Below are positions 8,608 through 18,040 of a DNA stretch of 64,000 nt, one piece after another. Position 1 is the first letter of the stretch; each line of letters starts with the position of its first letter. The DNA comes from Candidatus Woykebacteria bacterium (GTDB lineage Bacteria > Patescibacteriota > Microgenomatia > Woykebacterales > RBG-16-39-9b), in the NCBI GenBank assembly GCA_040876265.1, contig JBBDPN010000001.1, positions 118,208-182,207 of the forward strand, in the 5' to 3' direction. The notes under the pieces were generated by a model, which was not told the DNA's origin, searched no databases, and saw only the letters and a program-made list of their open reading frames with translations. Position numbers and translations under genes: made by a program.

Positions 8608-9504
8608 TCAAGTAGAAATCGATTTTTTTGTAGCAGTTAGAATTGGATCCAAGTTACCGGCGAGGATTTCTTCGATATGATGCCAAGATTTGTTTATGCG
8701 GTGGTCAGTGATCCGATCTTGCGGAAAGTTGTAAGTGCGGATTTTTTCGCTTCGCTCCCCAGTGCCCACCTGAAGTTTGCGGGAAAGAGCCACTCCTTCT
8801 TTTTCAGCCGCCTTTTGAGCCTCGTAAATTCTCGACCTTAAGATAGATAGAGCCCTTTCCTTATTTTGAAATTGCGAACGTTCTGATTGACAAGTGACAA
8901 CTACATTCGTTGGCAGGTGAGTCACACGAACAGCTGTTTCTACTTTTTGGACGTTTTGGCCACCATGACCAGAAGCGTGGTAGGTTTCTATCTTCAAATC
9001 TTTTGGATCCAAATGAAATTCCCGGTCGGATATTTCTGGCAGCACAGCGACGGTCGCAGTAGAGGTGTGGATGCGACCCCCGCTTTCCGTCTTTGGTACT
9101 CTTTGAACCCGATGAACACCGGATTCGGCTCTTAAATTTTCATAAACTGGCGCTCCGCTAACTTGGAATACTACTTCTTTGATGTTGCCAATTCCACCCT
9201 CATTGAGAGAAAGTTGCTGGACCTTCCAACCCTTGTTTTCGGAAAAACGCGTGTACATACGATAGAGATCTGCCGCAAAAAGACCAGCCTCACTACCACC
9301 GGCGGCCGCGCGTATTTCCATTATAACGGAACTTGGAGGAGACTCCACTGATGGTTTTGAAGACCCAAGCAGCTGCTTTTTCTGACTTTCCAAGGCCGCG
9401 ATTTCCTCCTTGGCAAGAGCCTCCATAGAAGGGTCGGCCAACAATCGCTGGGCTTCTTGCATTTTTTTATCCAGCTCTTCTATTTGTTTTTCTAAATAGT
9501 TCAT
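8608..9504 (-). CDS. prfA: peptide chain release factor 1
   Basis: GGQ motif (SGHGGQNVQKVETAVRVTHLPT) and an RF1-type PxT region (RVQRVPKTESGGRIHTS). Confidence 0.85.
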   Translation of the reverse strand: MNYLEKQIEELDKKMQEAQRLLADPSMEALAKEEIAALESQKKQLLGSSKPSVESPPSSVIMEIRAAAGGSEAGLFAADLYRMYTRFSENKGWKVQQLSLNEGGIGNIKEVVFQVSGAPVYENLRAESGVHRVQRVPKTESGGRIHTSTATVAVLPEISDREFHLDPKDLKIETYHASGHGGQNVQKVETAVRVTHLPTNVVVTCQSERSQFQNKERALSILRSRIYEAQKAAEKEGVALSRKLQVGTGERSEKIRTYNFPQDRITDHRINKSWHHIEEILAGNLDPILTATKKSIST

Positions 9505-9557
9505 GTCTTTATTTTACTATTATTTACCGAGAAGTTTTAAGTTGTGGGTTTGGTAAT

Positions 9558-9875
9558 CTAATTTTGTTTGCGGAGAAGCTCCATCATTTCACGTAGGGTC
9601 TGGGGTCGCTGCTTTTCCTCTTTCTCTTTACCTTTATCTTCTTTCTTTGCTTTTAGCACTTGCGCGCTGCTAGTAGCTTCTTTTTCCTGTCTTTGGAAAC
9701 GTTCAACTCTTCCTTCGGTGTCAATAAATTTTGCGCTCCCTGTGTAGAAAGGGTGACAATTACTACAAATCTCCACGCGGATTTCCTCCTTGGTGCTACC
9801 AGTGGTAAAGCTGTTACCACAAGCACAGGTTACGCGGGCCTGCTGAAAATATGTTGGGTGAGTATCTGCCTTCAT
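9558..9875 (-). CDS. rpmE: 50S ribosomal protein L31 (zinc-binding type) with a Lys/Glu-rich C-terminal extension
   Basis: MKADTHPTY...CACGNSF...[10 protein letters not shown]. The likely start is the second Met of the track ORF 9558..9896. Confidence 0.8.
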   Translation of the reverse strand: MKADTHPTYFQQARVTCACGNSFTTGSTKEEIRVEICSNCHPFYTGSAKFIDTEGRVERFQRQEKEATSSAQVLKAKKEDKGKEKEEKQRPQTLREMMELLRKQN

Positions 9876-9941
9876 GTTAGATCGAAAGTTTATCATAAAA
9901 ATTTGGGTTTAACAAGGATGGGGGCTGGGGTTTCATATGAA

Positions 9942-9969
9942 TTGATTTGGCGCACACTATTGTTATAAA
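9942..9969 (+). promoter_or_regulatory. sigma70-like promoter (TTGATT-16 nt-TATAAA) ahead of the locus-1 operon
   Basis: Hexamers and spacer read directly. The ATG at 9981 follows with almost no leader. Confidence 0.4.
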
Positions 9970-9980
9970 ATCAAGTTAAT

Positions 9981-10670
9981 ATGGACAATCTGCCGTCTGC
10001 CCCGGAGGGTACTGAGCCACAAATAGAAGAAGATCACACTTCCGCCGAAACTCCTGTGGAAAGAGAACCGTCCAAGCCTTCTCCAGATGATTACGAGAAA
10101 GAGATGCTTAAAAATATAAATAGCGCCTTTGAGCAGGATGGTGCTGGTACGGAAGCGCATCGAGAAGAGGCTCGGCAGGAAGGGGTAGAAAAGGCAAAGG
10201 AATTACTGAGACCAGAAGAAGCATTAGATCCGACGCAGCCTGTTCCGGGGCGACCAATTCAATCCCAAGCTGATAGGTCTGAGGGTGAGGTAAACGAAGT
10301 AAGAGCAGGGGAGGCGGCAGTACCAGAAATATCGGTAAGAGAGGTGCAGCCATTACCTCCTCGACCAATAGAGAAGCAACCGCCTGTGTTAGCTGAAGAA
10401 GTAATGGAAAGACCACCGTCGCCATCTGTAGATGAGATGCCTGTCGGTCCACCTAGCCCCACCGAACCTCAGCAAGTGGAAATTTCGCAGGACGTACCTT
10501 CACAGATCCAGGAGAGACCACTGCCAGTTGTTGAACCCGCTCCTTCAAGATCAGACCCTTCTCCAGGGAGAGTACCAGCTGCAAAAAGACCAGATTTGGG
10601 TTTGGGTGATTCAGCGCCAACCATGTATAAGGAAAGACAAGAATTAAGGGCCGCGGCTGGCCAAAAGTAA
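9981..10670 (+). CDS. hypothetical Pro/Glu-rich low-complexity protein
   Basis: No TM helix and no catalytic motifs. Highly acidic and proline-rich. Lies directly upstream of the ATPase. Confidence 0.4.
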   Translation: MDNLPSAPEGTEPQIEEDHTSAETPVEREPSKPSPDDYEKEMLKNINSAFEQDGAGTEAHREEARQEGVEKAKELLRPEEALDPTQPVPGRPIQSQADRSEGEVNEVRAGEAAVPEISVREVQPLPPRPIEKQPPVLAEEVMERPPSPSVDEMPVGPPSPTEPQQVEISQDVPSQIQERPLPVVEPAPSRSDPSPGRVPAAKRPDLGLGDSAPTMYKERQELRAAAGQK

Positions 10671-10673
10671 TAT

Positions 10674-13217
10674 ATGCAACTATTAATTACTATCGTCACT
10701 GTATTTTTCTTTTTTATCTTCTTTTTTATTCTCATCATTGCTCTGGCGATGCTGCTTCGTTTTCGGAACCGAAAAGAAAAATCACTCGAATACACTCAAC
10801 TTGAAGTTAAACTCCCTCGGAACAACGAAATAAAAATAGAGTCAACTGAAAGTTTTTTCACCTCGCTTTACAGTTTGTTTCGGCATGGTGTTCAGGGGTT
10901 TTTATCAGGTCAGGAGCATATCGGTTTTGAGATAGTATCTCAAGGAGGAGTAATAAAATTTTTTGTTACTGCGCCAAATCCACTGCTTTCCTTGGTCGAA
11001 AAGCAAATACATTCTTTTTACCCGGAAGCAGAAATTAATTCGGTGGAGGAATACAACATTTTTCAGCCCGGTCTCTATGTTGATCTGGTCGAACTTTCTT
11101 TACGCTCCCCAGCCTTCCGACCGATAATTCGCTACAACCAATTGAAGGAAGTCGAGACGATGAACGCGATTACGACCGCGATGAGTAAGCTCGATAGTGA
11201 AGAAGCGATGGCGTTACAAATACTTATTTCTCCGGCTGGAATTGGGTGGCAGGGTGCTGGTTTTTCCCAGATACACAAGGCGCAAACAGTTGAGAAAAAG
11301 GGAATAATGACGCCATTTAATTTACCTCCCTCCTACCAACAGCAGCAAGAGGCTCCACCGCAACCGGAAGCGAGAACCGAAAGTATTACTCAGGAACCTT
11401 ACAAAAAAATTGAGGAAAAAGTCTCTAAGCCTGGATTTGAGACGGTAATACGAATTGTGGTTTCAGCGAAAAATAAGCTGACCGCTCTCGCCTACATAGA
11501 AAACATGGTTGGGGCTTTTGGTCAATTTAATGATCCGACCGCCAATGGTTTCAGAAAACGTCGGTTTCCCTGGACTCTCACGAAAGTTCTTTCCTTGCGC
11601 CAATTTATTTATAAAATGATGCCTTTTTGGTTTGGTAAAATGATTTTAAACTCAGAAGAACTAGCAACCATATTTCATTTTCCAAACAAAAACGTGGTAA
11701 CACCAAATATTGATTGGCTGCTTTACAAAAAGGCAGCCGCTCCAAACGTAGTGCCAAAAGAAGGGCTTTATCTTGGAAAAAGCATATTCCGAGGTGTAGA
11801 AACAAAAATCTATATTCAGCCAGATGATCGCCGGCGCCACATGTATATTATTGGGCAAACCGGTACCGGGAAGAGCGAATTTATGAAAATTATGGCGGTC
11901 CAGGATATAAAAGAGGGTAAAGGGGTTTGCTTTATAGATCCTCACGGAGGTGCGATTGAGGATATTTTGTTACAAATTCCACCGGAGCGGGCCGAAGATG
12001 TAATTCTTTTCGACGCTGGTGATACCGAAAGACCTCTTGGGATAAATATTCTAGAAACTCGGACTGAAGAGGGGAAACACCAAATGGTAAACCATTTCAT
12101 CCACCTTCTTTACAAACTTTATGACCCAAAGCGCACCGGTATCATGGGTCCGCGACTCGAGCGAGCAATCCGAAATGTGATGCTCACGGCAATGAGTGAG
12201 CCAGGTAGTACCTTGGTTGAAGTCCTGCGGCTGCTGATCGATCCTCAGTTTGTGAAAGAAACCCTACCAAAAGTTACCGACCCGTTAGTTCGTCGCTACT
12301 GGACTGATGAGGTGGCCCAAACCACCACTTTTCACAAAAGTGAAGTAATGGGTTATTTTGTTTCCAAATTTGATCGTTTTGTGACTGAAAAGCTAATGCG
12401 AAATATTATTGGGCAAAGCAAAAGCGCTTTTGATTTTCGGGACGTGATGGATAGTGGCAAAATTCTCCTTGTTGATCTATCAAAAGGAAAAATAGGCGAG
12501 GAAAATTCTAACTTTCTTGGGCTTGTGCTCGTACCGCGTATTTTGGTTGCGGCGATGAGTAGGGTGGATGTGCCCGAAGAGCAGCGACGAGATTTTCACC
12601 TTTACGTGGATGAGTTTCAAAATTTTGCCACTCCTGATTTTGCCCAGATACTTTCAGAGGCCCGAAAATACCATCTGGATTTGACGGTGGCCAATCAATT
12701 TATCGCCCAAATACAGGAGGAGGGAATACGCGAAGCCGTATTTGGTAACGTGGGTACCCTGATTGCTTTTCGGGTTGGCGTGGACGATGCTAAGTATTTG
12801 GAGTTCCAATTTGATCCGGTATTCAAAAAAGAAGATTTGATCAATAACGCTTTAGGGCACGCCTACGTCCGACTGCTTGTCGACGGGCAGCCCTCGTATC
12901 CATTTTCCATGGCGACAGATTGGGAAATGATGCAGGCGGTTACCAGAAACAAAGAAGTCGCCGAATCTATCGTCGAGCTGTCAAGGCTCAAATACGGTCG
13001 CGATCGGCAAATAGTTGAGGCGGAGATAAACCAACGAGCCGGCCTCGACGAGACGCCCACCACCATGCCAGAACCAGCTAAACCAGTTCCACCCCAAGCT
13101 GCCAAATCCGCCCCGACGCAACAACCGTTGCCGCAAGCCCAACCAGTTCAACAACCCACACCAGCCGTTCAAGAAACTTCCCTTCAACAAAACCTCCAAA
13201 AAACCGGAGGCGGGTAA
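10674..13217 (+). CDS. membrane-anchored P-loop ATPase of the FtsK/HerA/VirB4/TrwB (T4SS coupling protein-like) superfamily
   Basis: N-terminal TM helix. Walker A GQTGTGKSEF (compare TrwB GATGTGKS), Walker B HLYVDEFQNF, and EARKYHLDLTVANQ (RKY-type motif of DUF87/VirB4/HerA). Gln/Pro-rich C-terminal tail. Paralog of 34633..37401. Confidence 0.7.
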   Translation: MQLLITIVTVFFFFIFFFILIIALAMLLRFRNRKEKSLEYTQLEVKLPRNNEIKIESTESFFTSLYSLFRHGVQGFLSGQEHIGFEIVSQGGVIKFFVTAPNPLLSLVEKQIHSFYPEAEINSVEEYNIFQPGLYVDLVELSLRSPAFRPIIRYNQLKEVETMNAITTAMSKLDSEEAMALQILISPAGIGWQGAGFSQIHKAQTVEKKGIMTPFNLPPSYQQQQEAPPQPEARTESITQEPYKKIEEKVSKPGFETVIRIVVSAKNKLTALAYIENMVGAFGQFNDPTANGFRKRRFPWTLTKVLSLRQFIYKMMPFWFGKMILNSEELATIFHFPNKNVVTPNIDWLLYKKAAAPNVVPKEGLYLGKSIFRGVETKIYIQPDDRRRHMYIIGQTGTGKSEFMKIMAVQDIKEGKGVCFIDPHGGAIEDILLQIPPERAEDVILFDAGDTERPLGINILETRTEEGKHQMVNHFIHLLYKLYDPKRTGIMGPRLERAIRNVMLTAMSEPGSTLVEVLRLLIDPQFVKETLPKVTDPLVRRYWTDEVAQTTTFHKSEVMGYFVSKFDRFVTEKLMRNIIGQSKSAFDFRDVMDSGKILLVDLSKGKIGEENSNFLGLVLVPRILVAAMSRVDVPEEQRRDFHLYVDEFQNFATPDFAQILSEARKYHLDLTVANQFIAQIQEEGIREAVFGNVGTLIAFRVGVDDAKYLEFQFDPVFKKEDLINNALGHAYVRLLVDGQPSYPFSMATDWEMMQAVTRNKEVAESIVELSRLKYGRDRQIVEAEINQRAGLDETPTTMPEPAKPVPPQAAKSAPTQQPLPQAQPVQQPTPAVQETSLQQNLQKTGGG

Positions 13218-14068
13218 TGAGTGAAGAAGCCCCTGGTCCAAGTGAAGAAGATTTGAGCCCAAGTGATTTGGAGAGCGACGGGGGAGAGAAAGGCGAATCG
13301 GGATTTGAGGCTAAGAGATTTTTGGATTCTGAGAAGAGCAGGATCTCAGATGAATGGAAAGCGGCTGTAGTCGAGTCGATTGAGCAAAGCAATGAATTTG
13401 GTAAAAACCCATTAAAACCAGTTATTCAGCAATACTACGATGGTTCTTCAGCTTCTCACGCTGTTCAGTGCGCGACCAATAGGGTGGTTTATAGCGGGTT
13501 TATGAGTGAGACACTTCAAGGAGTTCTTGAGTCCGAAGAAAGCGCAGGCGCAGAAAAAGAAATTGCCGCCGAAATACTTCCAGAAGTCGAGTTTCAAAAT
13601 CAGCTGAATTCTACCTTGTCGCAGTTGATGGTTGCCGATCTTTTGACTTACAAACAAGTTCACGACCCCGCTTATCCAGCAGAGAAGAAAATAGGGATTG
13701 TCGATAGCGATCCAAAAAGAGAGCGGGGGAGTTTCCCGATTGTCTCTCGGGAGCTACAAAGACTAAAATCTGACCTTGAAAAGTTACAACCGCAGTTGCG
13801 GGCCAGACTAGAGAGTCTGCACGAAAAATATCCTGATGAATTTTCAGAAAATCCCCAAGTTGCTGAAATCTACGAAAGATTTATAGCTGAGACAAAAAGT
13901 GCAGGCCAGATGGTTGAAGCGGCAGTGCAAGCCAATGATGTTGGCCAAGCCAGCGATCTAGACATAGCAATGAAAAGGCTAGTCGGCCATTTTGCAGATG
14001 GCGCATTTGTCGCCGAAGACGTCGTCAGCGCACATGCTTTAAGAAAAATGAAAGAGGTAGAGAAGTGA
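13217..14068 (+). CDS. hypothetical acidic protein translationally coupled to the ATPase
   Basis: Its ATG overlaps the ATPase stop (TAATG). No recognisable motifs. Confidence 0.45.
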   Translation: MSEEAPGPSEEDLSPSDLESDGGEKGESGFEAKRFLDSEKSRISDEWKAAVVESIEQSNEFGKNPLKPVIQQYYDGSSASHAVQCATNRVVYSGFMSETLQGVLESEESAGAEKEIAAEILPEVEFQNQLNSTLSQLMVADLLTYKQVHDPAYPAEKKIGIVDSDPKRERGSFPIVSRELQRLKSDLEKLQPQLRARLESLHEKYPDEFSENPQVAEIYERFIAETKSAGQMVEAAVQANDVGQASDLDIAMKRLVGHFADGAFVAEDVVSAHALRKMKEVEK

Positions 14069-14085
14069 CAGGGCCTGGCCCTGTC
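14067..14085. repeat. Palindromic hairpin GACAGGG-CCTGG-CCCTGTC, followed by GGTTGGTGGG
   Basis: Perfect 7-bp inverted repeat overlapping the stop of 13217..14068, sited between convergent genes. Confidence 0.55.
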
Positions 14086-14098
14086 AGGGGTTGGTGGG

Positions 14099-14419
14099 TC
14101 AGGATTTTTTGGAGGAAAGTCTTTGCTGGTGGTACTGCGTGAGAAAGCCAGTGACGAAACTATCTAACATCTCATCGCTTACCGCTGCAACATCTTTATC
14201 AGTTTTTTGTTTATATAATTTTGCTATTTCTACTTTCATTTCTTCGGGAGGGAGAGAATTGAGTCGAGACATTTCTTTTTCATCATTCAATGCGGTAGCA
14301 ACTTCTAGATAGAGTTTTTGTGACAATAAATTATTCAAATTAATTATAAAGGTCCGCGCGTCATCATCTTTGACACCATTTTCTTTGAGAATTTTAATTA
14401 CCTTATTTAAGTCAGCCAT
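14099..14419 (-). CDS. hypothetical small helical protein
   Basis: ORF only. Downstream of the 776-aa gene on the same strand. Confidence 0.4.
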   Translation of the reverse strand: MADLNKVIKILKENGVKDDDARTFIINLNNLLSQKLYLEVATALNDEKEMSRLNSLPPEEMKVEIAKLYKQKTDKDVAAVSDEMLDSFVTGFLTQYHQQRLSSKKS

Positions 14420-14425
14420 AGTTTT

Positions 14426-16756
14426 TTAACCTCCTGGTTGTAGTATTCTTCTAGCTTGTTCCAATCCTTCGGGAGTCAAGACATTGAAATTACCACCAGC
14501 TGGTACCCAGTGAAGAGCCTCGGTGAGTTGGTGCATCGCTACTGGGTCACCAGCTTCCGCTTGGGTGACCAAAGTTGCAATCTCTGCTTGAGTAGGGAAG
14601 TCTTCGACGGGTATTCCAGAAGCGGCAACATTGGTATGCATCTCCTGAAGCATATCATAATTGGCTTGGATGTGAGCGCCAAAAAGCTGCGCATTATCCG
14701 GGCCCCAGTCGATACTATGACCAGAATTGGCGAGTAATTCACCAACAGTAGTTCCTTGAGGTATTTCGACAGATTGGGCAAATTCTGGATTTGCTAGTAC
14801 CTCTGAGAGTGTTGGTGCTTCTGCCACAGGTGGTTGGTCAACACCAGTGGGTACTTCTTCTCCTGGTGTTACCACATCTCCTGGTTCAGGCTCGGGTGTT
14901 GGTGTAGGTGTTGGTGTCTCTTCCGGTACTGGAACTGGTTCAGGAGTTGGGGTTTCAGTGGGTACGGCAGCTTCTTCACCAGGTCCAACTGGACCGTGCT
15001 GCTCGCCAGGACCATGAACATGGGCAGCGTCGCCACCTCCACGGGTTGCATCAAACAGGTCCCAGCCTAGGGAACCCAAACTAGTAATCATTGAAATACC
15101 TCGCATACCGGCAGTAAAACTTCTTAATACGTTGTTATAATTTGCAAATCGGGTGTTCAGTGTTTCGAGGAGACTTATTTGAGCTGCTCGGGAGAGATCC
15201 GTGGCCCAGTTTTCGGCTTGTCCTTTCTTAAGCAGAGATTGTCTGGTTACCTCATTCATAGTCGCGTCGTATCTATCTAGCTCCCCACTTTCTTTGTATT
15301 TCAAAGCCTCTTCAGATCTTTTGACAAGGATCTCGACTTTTGACTCATCCTCGATACCAGCTCTGTCTCTAAATATTTTCCTCATGTTGCTTAGTCGAAA
15401 CTTGTCAATAATACTGCTACCGACCCGACTCAAACCAACACCAACTAACGAGCGTAAAAACCTGCTGGCAAATATACCAGAGCCAGGAAGGAGAAGGGTT
15501 GGTAGGACAGTGGTTACGCCACCAACGGCTCCGCCGGTTAGCCACGCAGCCAAATTTTTGTCACTTAAGTTAATATTATCCAGCGCGGCTCTACCTTGAT
15601 TTAAAAGAAGTCTGCCGACAGGAGTTTTCTCAATACCTTCCTTTAGAGCTGCTCTTTTCTTGTCCAGAGCGCTTTCCTCGCGTTTCTCAGGTTTTTCTTG
15701 GAAACGCTCATGAGCCCGTGCCCTTTTTTGTCTTTCCTTTTCAGCCCTGGTCTCCTCTTTACTGAGTACTTTATCCTCTTGTTTCGACTCTTCTTGAATA
15801 GTTTTTTGCTCAGCCGCACCTTTATAACGATCAGCCATTGCTTGAGCAAGCATATTTTGTGTTTCAAAACTATCTTTATGGTATGTTTGGCCGTTCTCAT
15901 CTTGCAGTGTGAAAAGTTCGCGGTGGGGAGGTACATCTTCTGTTTCTCGTCTCAAGATTGTGTAAGTGTGATGACCAACAGTAAAACTGTTTACCTTACC
16001 TTCCTCGGTTCCCAGCTGGTCAAAAGTATTTTGGACTTGTTGTCGAGTACTTTCATCATAAAGTTCTGGGCGCTGACCACTCAGCAGCCCTCTTAATCTC
16101 GTACCGATCCTGCTGGCCCATTCCTGAAATGCAGATTGGTTTGCTGGTACTTCTTGGTCGGTAACTATGTGGCCTTGAGCCTTACCTACCAGATCCTCTA
16201 CAGCCTGTTGCGGACCCTCAGGTTCTTCAGGGACCTTTTCAGTTGGTTCTTCTGGGGGTGGGGGAGGGCTTGGTGCACCTTCATCACCCTCAGGTTGTGA
16301 CTCTACTGGTGGGGAGGCATCTTCTGGTGCTGGCATCGGCGGCAATTCCTCTTCAGCTTTTTCTGTTGGATACTCGATCTCATCCAAGGGGACCCCAGCA
16401 TCAGATCCTCCAACACTTATATAATGTCGGCCCTCTTTTTCGCCGAGGTATCCAAGTACTGTGATCGGTTGATCGGTGTCTTTGTTTTTCCAGGTAGCTT
16501 CGCCTAGTTTGATATCAGGTGGTTGTTCTGCTTGTGCACCAGGACCATTTGCCCTCAAATCTTCAAGTTGCTCACGAGAAGCGGCAGGTTCGCCGTCGTG
16601 TCCTTCTTCAGACCCGTCTTTTTTCCTGCCTTTATCTGGGGGTTTTCTGCCGGGAGAAGCTTCAAATTGGATATTTTGATCCTCTGGGTCGTTATCGACC
16701 GCACTGTCTAGCGATTCGTCTTGAGGAAGTTCTGGGCCGGTTTCTGGTAGCATCAA
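14426..16756 (-). CDS. large hypothetical protein (776 aa) with acidic/Pro-rich disordered regions, PT-repeat linkers and a central hydrophobic segment
   Basis: PTETPTPEPVPVPEETPTPTPTPEPEP linker and a PPPPPEEPTEKVPEEPE stretch. Hydrophobic segment GGAVGGVTTVLPTLLLPGSGIF. No catalytic motifs. Confidence 0.5.
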   Translation of the reverse strand: MMLPETGPELPQDESLDSAVDNDPEDQNIQFEASPGRKPPDKGRKKDGSEEGHDGEPAASREQLEDLRANGPGAQAEQPPDIKLGEATWKNKDTDQPITVLGYLGEKEGRHYISVGGSDAGVPLDEIEYPTEKAEEELPPMPAPEDASPPVESQPEGDEGAPSPPPPPEEPTEKVPEEPEGPQQAVEDLVGKAQGHIVTDQEVPANQSAFQEWASRIGTRLRGLLSGQRPELYDESTRQQVQNTFDQLGTEEGKVNSFTVGHHTYTILRRETEDVPPHRELFTLQDENGQTYHKDSFETQNMLAQAMADRYKGAAEQKTIQEESKQEDKVLSKEETRAEKERQKRARAHERFQEKPEKREESALDKKRAALKEGIEKTPVGRLLLNQGRAALDNINLSDKNLAAWLTGGAVGGVTTVLPTLLLPGSGIFASRFLRSLVGVGLSRVGSSIIDKFRLSNMRKIFRDRAGIEDESKVEILVKRSEEALKYKESGELDRYDATMNEVTRQSLLKKGQAENWATDLSRAAQISLLETLNTRFANYNNVLRSFTAGMRGISMITSLGSLGWDLFDATRGGGDAAHVHGPGEQHGPVGPGEEAAVPTETPTPEPVPVPEETPTPTPTPEPEPGDVVTPGEEVPTGVDQPPVAEAPTLSEVLANPEFAQSVEIPQGTTVGELLANSGHSIDWGPDNAQLFGAHIQANYDMLQEMHTNVAASGIPVEDFPTQAEIATLVTQAEAGDPVAMHQLTEALHWVPAGGNFNVLTPEGLEQARRILQPGG

Positions 16757-16776
16757 CTACAATTATATAAAGTAAC

Positions 16777-17988
16777 TCACTTACTAGTCAATTTTCGCAG
16801 GAGTTCACTCTCTTTGATGGTTTCTTGCTTACCGGTAGAAAGATCCTTAATAGTAACTAGGCCACTTTTTACTTCATTTGGGCCGAGAATAGCGGTGTAG
16901 GGTATCTTTTTATTATCGGCGTATTTTAGTTGTTTATCGAGTTTTTCGTCAGGTTCCAAATAAATTTCGGCACTTACACCTCGGCTGCGTAACCGCGATA
17001 CAAGAGCAAGAGAGTCGTTCAAAAGATTTTCCTTAAAAATAGTAACTAGTATTTGAGTGGACGGGGAGTAATTTGGTAATAGCTTCTGCTCGTCGGCTGC
17101 CTCTATTAGCCGATCAAAGCCGAATGAAAATCCAACCGCTGGCGTTTTACTACCAGTAAATTTACCGATCAGATCATCATAGCGACCACCACCTCCGACA
17201 GAGCCACCGGTGTAACCTTCGACTTCCATTTCAAAGATCAAGCCTGTGTAGTAGTCAAGGCCTCGAGCAAGAGTAGGATCAAAAGCATAAGTATCTTTGT
17301 CCATTTTTGAGTCCTCTAGGTATCCAAAAACCTTCTCTACGTTTTTAGTTGGGGAAGAATCTTTTATTCTTTTCAAGAGCGCTTTTGCTTCACGAGCGTC
17401 ATAGCCGGTCCTTTTGAGCTGTTCGATCACCCCTACCTCACCCACCTTTTGTATCTTATCTAATATTCTTACCACTTCTACCGGCAGAGAGCGGAAAGTA
17501 TCACGATCATTTATTTTCATAACGAAATTTTTGAACCCAATGTTTTGCATTGAGACAATTGCTCCTTTCACGATTTCGGCATCGGCTAATAGGGAAGAGG
17601 TACCAATGGTGTCAAAATCTACTTGTAGGAATTCCCTAAAACGCCCCCTCTGAGGATTTTCTGCTCGCCAGACCGGTTGGATTTGATAGCGGTTAAACGG
17701 TTTTTGCAGAGATGGGTATTGTGTGATCAGACGGGCCAACGGGACGGTTTGATCAAACCTCAAGGCGACTTGCCGGCCGCCGCGATCGGTAAATTCGAAA
17801 ATAAGTTTTTCTTCCTCGCCGTACTTGCCACGCAGTGTCTCGGCAAATTCAATAGCCGAAGTTTCAAGTGGTTCAAAACCAAATTTTTCCAGGGAAGACT
17901 TTACTTTTTCCAGAACAAAAATCCGCAGTTTTGCATCCTGCGGTAAAAAATCCCTAAAACCTTTTGGTGTGGCAACTTTTACTGCCAT
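16777..17988 (-). CDS. hisS: histidine--tRNA ligase
   Basis: Class II motifs PKGFRDFLP, RYQIQPVWRAENPQRGRFREFLQ and GGGRYDDL. Confidence 0.9.
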   Translation of the reverse strand: MAVKVATPKGFRDFLPQDAKLRIFVLEKVKSSLEKFGFEPLETSAIEFAETLRGKYGEEEKLIFEFTDRGGRQVALRFDQTVPLARLITQYPSLQKPFNRYQIQPVWRAENPQRGRFREFLQVDFDTIGTSSLLADAEIVKGAIVSMQNIGFKNFVMKINDRDTFRSLPVEVVRILDKIQKVGEVGVIEQLKRTGYDAREAKALLKRIKDSSPTKNVEKVFGYLEDSKMDKDTYAFDPTLARGLDYYTGLIFEMEVEGYTGGSVGGGGRYDDLIGKFTGSKTPAVGFSFGFDRLIEAADEQKLLPNYSPSTQILVTIFKENLLNDSLALVSRLRSRGVSAEIYLEPDEKLDKQLKYADNKKIPYTAILGPNEVKSGLVTIKDLSTGKQETIKESELLRKLTSK

Positions 17989-18040
17989 ATGAAGAACATT
18001 CTAACACAGCTTTAAGGCTAATTTCTACTCAGAAAAGGTG

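Noticed and set aside
10108-10795. ORFs overlapping or antisense to the Pro/Glu-rich gene and the ATPase start (10108..10452, 10259..10462, 10432..10647, 10469..10795)
   Set aside because: These are alternative frames of a low-complexity GC-skewed region. They have no signals and are inconsistent with the well-supported flanking genes.
14834-16770. Plus-strand ORFs inside the 776-aa gene (14834..15070, 15201..15599, 15698..16096, 16243..16464, 16476..16770)
   Set aside because: They are antisense to a long, codon-consistent minus-strand ORF. Their translations are Cys/Trp/Leu-rich, typical of noise.
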